Position numbers and translations under genes: made by a program | Assembly: GCA_963755695.1 (NCBI GenBank) | Contig: CAVWLB010000010.1 | Location: 1,002,952 to 1,066,951 of the forward strand | DNA: 64,000 nucleotides | Source: an uncultured Acidobacteriota bacterium | Lineage (GTDB): Bacteria > Acidobacteriota > Vicinamibacteria > Vicinamibacterales > 2-12-FULL-66-21 | Reading direction: 5' to 3' | The notes under the pieces: model-generated | Told to the model about the DNA's origin: nothing | What the model saw: the letters and a program-made list of their open reading frames with translations, nothing else | The model's database searches: none | Part shown: positions 48,953 through 58,401 of the stretch, piece by piece | How positions within the stretch are numbered: the first letter of the stretch is position 1 | How the letters are laid out: the number at the start of each line of letters is the position of its first letter

Positions 48953-49402
48953 TCATAGGATCTCGTCGATCGTGTAGATCGGTCCTTCGGGGCGCCGATC
49001 GCCGCTTGATACCGCGACCAGGCGATTCAAGAACGCGTACTTTGGGTGCCCCGTCTCGAAGCGGGGCGTCGTCCGGAAGTAGTAGGTGGCGGGGTCGACG
49101 CTCTCGCCGCGCGCGAGTGCGGCGATCACGTCCGGCGGCCCGTGACGAAGCCCGAACGAAGTCATGTGGATGAGGGCGCCGTCGTCGGTCTCCAGCGTAG
49201 TGCGCAGGTCGAGCTCGAGGACGCCGTCTCCGCGAAGGAGCGTCCAGTCACCGCCGCCGGGCAGCACCTTCCCGCGGAGCCGCGGGCCCTCGAAGTGACC
49301 ACTCACTATCACCGCGGTCACGCGAGTGCCGTGAGGCACTGCGCCGATCTTCTGTACGGCGCCGACTGCGACCTGCAACGTCATCAACAAACGGAAGTTC
49401 AT
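48953..49402 (-). CDS. DUF3237 (UPF0311) family protein, tandem paralogue
   Basis: IGAVPHGTRVTAVIVSGHFEGPRLRGKVLPGGGDWTLLRGDGVLELDLRTTLETDDGALIHM...PRFETGHPKYAFLN. Confidence 0.8.
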   Translation of the reverse strand: MNFRLLMTLQVAVGAVQKIGAVPHGTRVTAVIVSGHFEGPRLRGKVLPGGGDWTLLRGDGVLELDLRTTLETDDGALIHMTSFGLRHGPPDVIAALARGESVDPATYYFRTTPRFETGHPKYAFLNRLVAVSSGDRRPEGPIYTIDEIL

Positions 49403-49846
49403 TTGTCTACCGGCCTTCGTCATTCGGTTGGATTGTCGCCCAGACCCGGCCTCAGCTTGTCGGGCGAGCGTGGGCAGTATTAGGGCTGCCTGGAAAGTCA
49501 CACACGGCGATTGAGCCAGAAGAGCGGTGACGGAATCTATAGGACGATCGTACAGGCGATACCCAGGTATCAGTTGCGGGTGGCACGATCAGAGAGTCAG
49601 ATGACCAACGAAAGCGGGCGCGCAAGCGCGCACAACTGATTGCAGAAAACAATCAGTGACGGAGTCGGGACATGGCGACGCTGATCTGCTCGAAGATCAC
49701 CTCGGTCGCCGGTTTCCTGAACCGCGGCGGTACCGGCGCCGGCCGAAAGCCTATATTCGGCTAAGCGAATAATTGACCGTCGCCGCCGTCGGACTGAACT
49801 TCACTCGCGAGGGCCACGCTGGTTCCCGAAACGCGCGCTGAACAAG

Positions 49847-51709
49847 TCAATTTTCCTTGGGTTTCTCAGCCTGGCGGATGACCAAGACTTCCACTGGACC
49901 TTGCTTCGGCTCCAGTCGCAAGCCGAGTTGTGTCTCGAGCGCCTTCAGCAGCGCAGGCGAAATCGGTGATGGAACTGCCGCTGCCGCGGAAGACGCGTTC
50001 GACACAGCAGGGGAGTCAGGTGTGTATTCGAGGTGGACATCAAATGCCCCTTCGAGTCCCGTCCGATCGCGGACCACGCGATTCAGTTTTCCCTCGTCCG
50101 AAAGCACACCAGCCAGTTGGGTCATCGTGATCTTCTTACCGGCCAGAAGACCCGGCGCATTCTGTGTGAGGCCGCACACTCGCTCGAGGTAGTGCTCTGG
50201 AGGTGGACTTGGACTTGTGGACAGGTCCACGCAATCCGCCGCAGACGGGCGGAGCCCTGCTCCCAGCTTGCGGTCGGTGTTCGCAAGAACGAGGTCAGCG
50301 AAGGGGAACTCCTTTGTTTGGCGAGACAGCTGGAGCCCGAACCGCTCTCCGACCAGCGTTTGCAGCATCGCCTTTACGCGGGGATGCCAACTCGCGCCAA
50401 AGGTCATGTCGCTGGGGACCTGAGCGTCGATATCGAAACGGTCGGCGTCGATCCACGCCGGGCCGCCGACGATCTGGTATGACAACAACGGAAACGCGGA
50501 GCCGTATGCGATGCGGATGAGATCCTTGAGCGTCAGCCCGCCCGCGGTGAACCGACCACTGATCAAGGGCGGGATGCCCGGTGGTTTGCCAGGCGTATGC
50601 GGCGTTACGGAAGCCTGCACGAACGAGGGAGCGGCATCGTGTTGTTCCGGTGCCTGGATCGCCGCGCCTGCGCCAGCATCGGACATGGCTTTCAGTGGCG
50701 AAATACAGACGGCGAGCGCCACGGCGAGGCCTACGGTCACGCCGCCAGACAGCACTCCGATGCGACCTCTGGCCTGATTCGCGTCGAGAACGGCGGCCAC
50801 TCGAGCCTTCAGGTCGCCGCGATTGGCCATCGACAGCACCGGCGCAGGAGCGCGTCTCGACAGCCTTCGGGCGAGCGCGACCAGTTGCTCGGCATACCCG
50901 ATCCCCTCGGCTGAGCGGACCACGGCGTCGTCGCACGCCCGCTCGGACTCCAGGCAGAAGTGACGCCACGCGATCCAGACCAACGGGTGGAACCAATACA
51001 ACGAACAGACGACCCGTGCCATCACGTGCACGGGCCAGTCGCCGCGGCGCACGTGTTCGAGCTCGTGGACCAGCGCCCGGCGGACTTCGGCGTCCGTCCA
51101 CTCCTGCGCATCCCCGGGCATCACGATCGCGGGCCGCACCAATCCATACGTGAACGGAACCGCGAGATCTTCATGAACGAGCAAGTCCACGTGACGGCTG
51201 AGACCAGCCTCTCGAGAGAGGTTGCGCACCAGCGTTTCGCGCTTCAGCCACCGCCGCGAACTGCCTCGCATGCGACGGAGGCGACGAAGCGTCTCGATCA
51301 CGGGGGCCATGAAGAGCAGGGCTCCTGTGGCCCATCCCGTGATCAGCAGCAGCCGTACTGGTACACGCGTGCGATTCGCTACGGAGTTCGCGGAGCGATC
51401 GGTTCGAGCCGCAACCGGGTGCTCGTTGCGAACCGAGGCGGTTGCAGCCGAGAGGTTCTGGGGCTCAGGCTGGACTGCAACGGACCCAACGTCCAGCGCG
51501 ACAGGCGGCATTGACACCACCGCTATCGGCAGAATCATCAAGGTGCCGAACGTTGAGGCAAGTATCACCGACCGAACCGACGCGGAAACCCGCCGCAACA
51601 TGCGCAGCGCGACCAGGGCGAGCACGAGGATCGACGTGGCTTTCGCGAGAATCGACAGTTCAGCCGAACCGCCGATCGCCAGCATGATTTCGGTCGGGAT
51701 CTCGCTCAT
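49847..51709 (-). CDS. BlaR1/MecR1-like M56 peptidase fused to a TIGR03435-type C-terminal domain
   Basis: N-terminal TM helices with ALVHELEHVRRGDW (HExxH). The C-terminal half PSFVQASVTPH...LKDLIRIAYG...YQIVGGPAWIDADRFDI...LEPKQGPVEVLVI matches the Solibacter-type TIGR03435 domain as I recall it. Confidence 0.82.
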   Translation of the reverse strand: MSEIPTEIMLAIGGSAELSILAKATSILVLALVALRMLRRVSASVRSVILASTFGTLMILPIAVVSMPPVALDVGSVAVQPEPQNLSAATASVRNEHPVAARTDRSANSVANRTRVPVRLLLITGWATGALLFMAPVIETLRRLRRMRGSSRRWLKRETLVRNLSREAGLSRHVDLLVHEDLAVPFTYGLVRPAIVMPGDAQEWTDAEVRRALVHELEHVRRGDWPVHVMARVVCSLYWFHPLVWIAWRHFCLESERACDDAVVRSAEGIGYAEQLVALARRLSRRAPAPVLSMANRGDLKARVAAVLDANQARGRIGVLSGGVTVGLAVALAVCISPLKAMSDAGAGAAIQAPEQHDAAPSFVQASVTPHTPGKPPGIPPLISGRFTAGGLTLKDLIRIAYGSAFPLLSYQIVGGPAWIDADRFDIDAQVPSDMTFGASWHPRVKAMLQTLVGERFGLQLSRQTKEFPFADLVLANTDRKLGAGLRPSAADCVDLSTSPSPPPEHYLERVCGLTQNAPGLLAGKKITMTQLAGVLSDEGKLNRVVRDRTGLEGAFDVHLEYTPDSPAVSNASSAAAAVPSPISPALLKALETQLGLRLEPKQGPVEVLVIRQAEKPKEN

Positions 51710-52098
51710 GACGATTTCCTTTCACCGCGAATCCGCTCAATCTCCGATTGCAGCTCCTCGAGCTCGCCCTCCGTCCATGCTTCCTGGCGCAGAAGGGCGG
51801 TCAGCATCCGACTACGGGAGCCACCAAAGAACGTCCGAAGATACTGCCCCAACGCGGCACGCCTGGCCGCTGCCTGTGAGGTGGTCGCCGAATAAACGTA
51901 CCGATTGGCCTCCTGGGAATGTCGGACGTAACCCTTTTGCTCGAGCCGCGCGAGCATGGTCCGGACGGCCGAGTAGCTGGGCGAATTGGTGAGTCGGGCC
52001 CGGACATCCTCAGCCGAGGCGCGATTGGCGAGCGCGAACAGGATGTTCATGATCTCACGCTCGCGACGGGTCAATTTCTCGAGTGGCGACTTCGCCAT
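51706..52098 (-). CDS. BlaI/MecI/CopY-family transcriptional repressor
   Basis: LTRREREIMNILFALANRASAEDVRARL...YSAVRTMLARLEQKGYVRH winged helix. Overlaps the blaR1-like start by 4 nt. Confidence 0.88.
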   Translation of the reverse strand: MAKSPLEKLTRREREIMNILFALANRASAEDVRARLTNSPSYSAVRTMLARLEQKGYVRHSQEANRYVYSATTSQAAARRAALGQYLRTFFGGSRSRMLTALLRQEAWTEGELEELQSEIERIRGERKSS

Positions 52099-52103
52099 AT
52101 CGT

Positions 52104-52139
52104 GCTACAGGCGTAGCACATTACTGCTACAGATGTAGC
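52104..52139. promoter_or_regulatory. two tandem TACA/TGTA-type dyads (candidate BlaI operator)
   Basis: GCTACA-gg-CGTAGC (52104-52117) and perfect GCTACA-ga-TGTAGC (52126-52139). Centres are 22 bp apart, 6-41 nt upstream of the blaI-like start. Confidence 0.6.
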
Positions 52140-52192
52140 ATGTCAAGCGGCCGGCTCGGACGACGGGTGGGCTGGATTTATGGAATCCGGGC

Positions 52193-54928
52193 TCAGGCGG
52201 CAGAGCCTTCGCGGACCGTCTGCCGGGCCTCCAGATCAGCGAGCGATTTCCGCGCGGCCTCGCAGAGCGCCTCGGCATCGCGGAAGTTTCTGAGTCCAGC
52301 CGCAACCGACAACACGCTGTGAAAGCCGAGGGCGCGGTAGCTTTCGAACCGCGCCTCGTCGAAGAACTGGTTGCCTGTCGAGTCGTGGGGGAAGGTGGGG
52401 TCGATCAGCGCGAAATTCTTCACGTCGACCGGTTCGTCTCCCGACAGCGTCGCCTTGAAATAGAGGATCGTTCCATCGGGGGTCTCAGGACCGTCCACGA
52501 CGCTATAGCGAATCTTCCCGATCGCGGCATGTGGATTCGCACGTCCCTGGCCGGCGCGCGTGACATGGATCGGCGGGAATTGGATCGGGATGCCGAGGTC
52601 GAGCCGGATCCGCCGCACGGCGTTCGCCAGATCGTCGAAGGAGTACTCCGGATCGCAGCCGGCGTCGGAGACGATGATGAACCGGCAGCGGCGCGCGACC
52701 ATTTCCCAGAGGCCGAGATTCTCGTAGTGCCCGCCGTCCGAGAGATAGACGTACGGATTGTCATCGGTCGTCAGGCCCAGCAACTCCCGCAGGACCGGCC
52801 CGACGCCGAGAGGCGGTTCGCTGGTGCTCCATGCATGGTCCTTTTTAGTGTTGCCGAACCAGACGCCGAGCCGCGCGTTGGCCAGCGTCAGCAGGAAGGC
52901 GCGGGCCTTCGTCGAATACATGCCCATCTCGGGGCTCGCCGCCGCTCCCGATATCGCCAGCGCCATTCCCAGCGACACGCCGGTCCCTCTCGCCCCGCGA
53001 TCGGATCCGTATTCAGCCGCGGGACGGTAACCAAGGTGGTGGTTTCCAACGTGCAGCGGCGAAAAAGTGAAGGATTGGGCTTTGGTCTCGTGGCGGCCGA
53101 CGTGCGTTGACGACACGGCGTTCAGCGTGGTGTTGATGACGTGCAGCGGCCGCACGTCCGCGAGGTGATGGACCAGCAGATCGTCCTTCGAGTCGAAGCC
53201 GGTGAACTGGTTGGGATGCCGATTGCGCCGCGAGGCGCCGAGGAAGGTTCGAATCAGCCGTTGCTGATACATGCCGTGCAACGAGAAGCGATTCACCGGC
53301 ACGAACCAGCTCATGATCAAGCCGAAGGCCGCGAGACTCGCTGCCAGCAACACGTTCTCGCCGAGACCGGCTCCAGTTGCGTGGCAAGGCAAGCCTGCTC
53401 CCGGCGAGCACCGCGTCGTCGCATTGAGCCAGTGGTACTCGATTGACTCGGTTATCCGAAGATTGCCCCACGCGATCGCCGAGAGCAGGACGAAGATGAT
53501 CGCGGGAAGCGCCAGCCGCTGTGCGGCAACCCGCCACCCGGAAGGGCGGCCTGGTCCGTTCGAGCGCGTCGCCAGCCCCGCCAGGGAGCTGAGAAGCGGC
53601 ACCAGCGTGGCCACGGCCGCCGAGGAAACTTTCCGATCCATCGACAGCATCCGTTCCATGGCATTGACGCCGGTTTCAATCACGCTCGCCATGTAGAACA
53701 CGACGAGGCCGGCCGCCATCCAGAGCGTGGCGGCGATGGCGATCCATGCCGCGGCCCTGCTCCACCACTCGAGCACGGCGTCGTCAAGTTCGCTGCTGGC
53801 GAGACCGATGAACACCGTCATCTGGGTCAGAACCAGCGCAAGCACGATCGGCACCGCGAAGATGGCGTACAGCTCGCGCATCGCGTCTCCCGCGCCGAAG
53901 CCGTAGTCGAAGCTTCCGAACCACCACATGCCCGCTCCGAGAATCGGGCCAGCCGCCAATGCCGCGGCAACGATGCCGGGGCCGACTCTCACGCGCAGCA
54001 CGCTGCCGTCATTTACGCTCATCCGCCTCCAGACCCGTGGTGCCACCGCCCCGAGCAGGATCCATCCGGCCGCTGGAATCACGGATGAAAGCAGCAGCGA
54101 GTTCCGAAGACTAATCGCACACGGGTATGCCGACCAGAAGAACGTCATCGCGATCGCGCCGGCCAGCGATGGAACGAGGAACCATCCGAGGAATCGCATC
54201 TGCGACCAGGATCCGCCGAATCCCACGAGGTTCAGGACGAGATAGCCGGTGCCGACGGCGAACGCGACCAGCGCGACGAGGAACGACACCGATGCCGAGT
54301 CGCCCGGCACGGCGCAGGGCCCGGCGACGAATCCGTGTTCGACGAGGTGCACGCCCGAGTAGTAGAGCCGCGGCACCATCAACGCCGCGGCGAGCAGTGG
54401 CAGGATGACGAGCCAGTTGAGCGCCAGGTTCCTGGCCATTGTCATGATCAACGCCCAGACGTCGGCGGACACGAGCCCGCCGCGCGGCGCCAGATAACGG
54501 CAGGTGCGGCGCACTCGTTCGACGGGCGAGGCGTCGGACACGTCGCCGCACGACGTTTGGCGTTGTGGCTGGCCGGGATCGAGCGTGGCGAATACGCCGC
54601 GGCGACCGTTCGAGCCTTCGCGGTGCAGCCACGCGGTCAGCCATCCACCGATGTAGCCGCCTCCCGAGACGGTCGAAAGATAGTCGATGGAGCCGAGAAC
54701 GCCGACGTGAGCGAGGCCCTGGAGCACGCCAAGCGCAAAGGTGGCGCTCCGTATCCCGCCGCCCGACAGGCAGACGGCGCTCGGACCGCGCTCGTGAATG
54801 CGGCCGACAATCGCGCGCAGGCGTATATCACGATCGTCTGGCGTGGTGTCAGCGACTGGCGGCTCGCCGTAGAGGGCGCGATACTCGTCGGCCAACACCT
54901 CGTGCCACAGGAGCGGAGGGCTCGTCAC
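52193..54928 (-). CDS. patatin/cPLA2-like lipase whose catalytic halves are separated by a polytopic membrane region
   Basis: CLSGGGIRSA oxyanion motif and STVSGGGY nucleophile elbow near residues 55-90. SDGGHYENLG Asp motif near residue 731. Many hydrophobic helices in between. GTG start. Confidence 0.8.
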   Translation of the reverse strand: MTSPPLLWHEVLADEYRALYGEPPVADTTPDDRDIRLRAIVGRIHERGPSAVCLSGGGIRSATFALGVLQGLAHVGVLGSIDYLSTVSGGGYIGGWLTAWLHREGSNGRRGVFATLDPGQPQRQTSCGDVSDASPVERVRRTCRYLAPRGGLVSADVWALIMTMARNLALNWLVILPLLAAALMVPRLYYSGVHLVEHGFVAGPCAVPGDSASVSFLVALVAFAVGTGYLVLNLVGFGGSWSQMRFLGWFLVPSLAGAIAMTFFWSAYPCAISLRNSLLLSSVIPAAGWILLGAVAPRVWRRMSVNDGSVLRVRVGPGIVAAALAAGPILGAGMWWFGSFDYGFGAGDAMRELYAIFAVPIVLALVLTQMTVFIGLASSELDDAVLEWWSRAAAWIAIAATLWMAAGLVVFYMASVIETGVNAMERMLSMDRKVSSAAVATLVPLLSSLAGLATRSNGPGRPSGWRVAAQRLALPAIIFVLLSAIAWGNLRITESIEYHWLNATTRCSPGAGLPCHATGAGLGENVLLAASLAAFGLIMSWFVPVNRFSLHGMYQQRLIRTFLGASRRNRHPNQFTGFDSKDDLLVHHLADVRPLHVINTTLNAVSSTHVGRHETKAQSFTFSPLHVGNHHLGYRPAAEYGSDRGARGTGVSLGMALAISGAAASPEMGMYSTKARAFLLTLANARLGVWFGNTKKDHAWSTSEPPLGVGPVLRELLGLTTDDNPYVYLSDGGHYENLGLWEMVARRCRFIIVSDAGCDPEYSFDDLANAVRRIRLDLGIPIQFPPIHVTRAGQGRANPHAAIGKIRYSVVDGPETPDGTILYFKATLSGDEPVDVKNFALIDPTFPHDSTGNQFFDEARFESYRALGFHSVLSVAAGLRNFRDAEALCEAARKSLADLEARQTVREGSAA

Positions 54929-54975
54929 TCGGCGGAGTATAACCGTACCGGTGATAGGATCAGCTTAACCTCCGC

Positions 54976-57900
54976 ATGGAAGCTCGCACGCTTGGCCACT
55001 ATCGCCTCGACGCGCGCATCGGTGAAGGCGGCATGGGCGAAGTATTCCGCGCGTTTGACACGCGGCTGAAACGTCCGGTTGCCGTCAAATTGATGCGCCC
55101 CGACCGACATCTCGGATCGGTCGAAGGCTTCCTTCGCGAGGCGCGCGCGGCATCGGCGCTAAATCATCCCAACATCGTGATCATTCATGAAGTCGGCGAG
55201 ACGCCGACCGGCGATCACTTTCTCGTCCAGGAATTCATCGATGGGCGAACGCTGCGATCGGTGCTGGGCGAGCGACCGCCGCTGGAGATGCTGGTCGAGA
55301 TCGGACTGCAGGTCGCGCGGGCCCTCGCCGCTGCGCATGCGGCCGGCATCGTCCATCGAGACGTGAAGCCCGAGAACATCATGATCCGCCACGACGGGTT
55401 CGTGAAGGTCCTGGACTTCGGTCTGGCACGGAGGACGGAACAAGCGGATGCGGAAGTGACGACGCAAACCGCGAGAACCACGTTGCGGGGCACGCTGGCT
55501 GGAACCCCGGCGTATATCGCTCCCGAACAAGCAACTGGCGCCGCTGCTGGCCCCGCGGCTGACGTCTTCGCGCTTGGCGTCGGTACTGTACGAGATGGCG
55601 GCGGGGCAGCGCCCGTTCACGGCGGCGACCTCCGCCGGGATCATCGCCAGCATTCTCACCGACGAGCCCGTGCCGCTGACGCGGCTGAAGCCGGACATTC
55701 CGCGCGCGTTCGACGATCTCGTGCAGCAGATGTTGCGGAAGGAGCCGGATCGTCGTCCCACCGCGCTCGAAGTTGTACGGGAGCTGACGGCTTCGCAGCC
55801 CGGATTGGACGCGGCGGTGCCGCGCGTCCCGATCGTGCGCACGACGGTGGGTCGCGAAGCCCAGCGCGCCCACCTGCTGCGCGCATTTTCCCAGGTCAAG
55901 GAAGGGGCCGGCCGGATCGTGGCGTTGACCGGCGAGCCAGGAATCGGCAAGACCAGCCTGGTCGAAGATTTCTTGGGCGAGCTCACGGCGGGGGGCGAAC
56001 GCCCGACCATCGCTCGCGGACGCTGCTCGGAGAGTCTCGCCGGATCCGAAGCCTACCTTCCGATTCTGGAGATACTCGACGGCCTGCTGCACCGTCCGGA
56101 CGGGCGCTCGTTGACCACCCTCGTCAAGACCGTCGCTCCGACCTGGTACCTGCAGGTCGCGACCCCCTCGGTCGATGAGGGCTCGCTTGGAGAGTTGCGC
56201 GAGACGTCGCCGGCCGCATCGCCGGAGCGGATGAAGCGGGAACTGGGGGCGCTCCTTCAGGAGATCTCCCGCGCCCGGCCGGTCGTCCTGTTCATCGACG
56301 ACCTGCACTGGGCCGACGTGTCGACGGTCGACATCCTCAACTACCTCGCGGGACGTTTCACCGACATGCGCGTGCTCGTCATTACGAGCTACCGGCAGTC
56401 GGAGATGGCCCTGTCGAAGCATCCCTTCCTCGCTGTTCGGAACGACCTGCAGATGCGCGGCCTGTTTCAGGAGATTCCGCTGGGGTTTCTCCAGCCTCGC
56501 GACGTGGAGCAGTACCTGGCATTGCAGTTCCCCGGTCACGCTTTCCCGAAAGACTTTGCCGCGGCAATCCACGCAAAGACCGAGGGAAGCCCGTTGTTCA
56601 TGGCCGATCTCGTGCGCTATCTGCGCGACACGGGCGGCATCGTCGAAGAGGGCGGCACCTGGGTGCTGGCGCGCTCGATGCCCGACGTCCCGCGCGATCT
56701 CCCGGCATCGGTGCGAGGCATGATCGCGCGGAAGATCGACCGACTCGAAGAGGAGGATCGACGGCTGCTGCTCGCTGCCAGCGTGCAGGGAAGCGAGTTC
56801 GATTCTGCGATCCTCGTCGAGGCGCTGCAGATGGACGGGGCCGAAGTGGAGGATCGTCTCGAGACGCTGGAGCGCGTGCACGTGTTCCTCGAGCGCGGAG
56901 AGGAGCAGGAGTTCCCCGACGGCACGCTGACGCTGCGGTACCGGTTCGTCCACGTGCTCTACCAGAACGTGCTGTTCGCCTCGCTCCAACCGACCCGTCG
57001 GGTGTCGTTGGCCAAGGCGATCGTCCGGTCGCTCGCGTCGCACTACGGCGCCGACACAGCTGCGGTAGCGCCCCGGCTCGCCGTGCTCTACGAGACGGCC
57101 CGGGAGTTCGCATCGAGCGCGAAATTCTTCTTCATCGCGGCCACTCGCGCCGTCGCGCTGTTTGGCTTCCGCGAGGCGCTCTCGCTCGCAGAGCGAGGTC
57201 TCAATGGTTTGCGCACGATGCCCGATGAAGCCGAGCGGCAGCAACTCGAGCTCGGACTGCAGATGATTCGCGGTCTTGCGCTGCGCTCGGTGAAAGGATG
57301 GGCATCGCCGGAGCTCGAAGCGACCTTCGCGCGCGCGCGGCAGTTGTGCCAACTGCTGGAGAATCCGCCCGAGCTTTTCCCCGTTCTGTGGAACGTGACT
57401 TTTTTCAACATGATTCGGGGGGATCTCGCGCTGGTTCGCGAGCAAACGCCGACGCTCATGCGGCAGGCCGAGCAGGCGCACACGCCGGCCTATCTCATGG
57501 CCGTCTGCCACGTGGCAGGGGTCACGGCGGAGTTCACGGGGGACTTCGTCGAATCGAATCACCTGCTCGAGCGCGCCCGTGAACTGCACGACCCGGCGGA
57601 ACACGCGGCCTATACCGCCATGTTCGGGATCGATCCCGGCATGGTCGCTCGGGCGATGTCCAGCCGTCCTCTCTGGGCGCTCGGTTACCCGGATCAAGCG
57701 ATTGCGCGGAGTCGCGAGACGATCGCGCTCGGGCAATCGCAGCGCCAGCCAGTGACGCTGGTCTTCGCGCTGGTTGTCGCGCAGGGGATTCTTCTCTATC
57801 GCGGCGAGCTGGCCGCTGCCGTCAAGCTCGGCGACGAGATCATCGCGCTCTGCCGCGAGTACGAATTTCCACAGGAAGCCGAGTGGGCGCGGGGTTTTCA

Positions 57901-58393
57901 GGCTTCCGCCGTGGCGCGTCAAGGAAGGATCGAACAAGGCGTCGCCCAGCTCGGCGGCAGCCTGGCCGCGCTGCAGGCGCTCGGTTCGGGCCTGACGCGG
58001 ACGATGTTCTTGACCCTGTTTGGTGAGGCATTGCGGATCGCGGGCCGCGTCGACGATGGGCTTGCCGCGATCGAGGACGGCTTCGCGCACGCCGAGCGCA
58101 CGATCGAGCGCGGTTTCGTCGCCGAGCTTCATCGCGTCAAGGGAGAGCTGTTGCTGGTTGCCGGCAAGCCGACGGCCGCAGAAGAGAGTCTCCGCACCGC
58201 GCTGACGATCGCACGAGAGCAGCACGCGCGTGCGTTCGAGTTGCGCGCCGCCATCGCGCTCGCGCGTCTGCTGCAGCCGAAGTCCCGCGCCGAGGCGCGG
58301 GACATGCTGCAGCCTGTTTACCATTGGTTCACTGAAGGACACGACACGGCGGACCTGGCCGCGGCGCGGACGCTGCTGTCCGAGATCGGTTGA
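54976..58393 (+). CDS. Ser/Thr kinase - AAA/STAND ATPase - TPR protein (PknK-like), frame broken once near 55582
   Basis: Kinase motifs GEGGMGEVF, HRDVKPENIM, DFG and GTPAYIAPE. ...ADVFALGV then shifts frame to VLYEMAAGQRPF. Walker A GEPGIGKTS, Walker B VVLFIDDLHWAD, and a long TPR-like C-terminus. Confidence 0.82.
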
Positions 58394-58401
58394 GCGGATT
58401 G

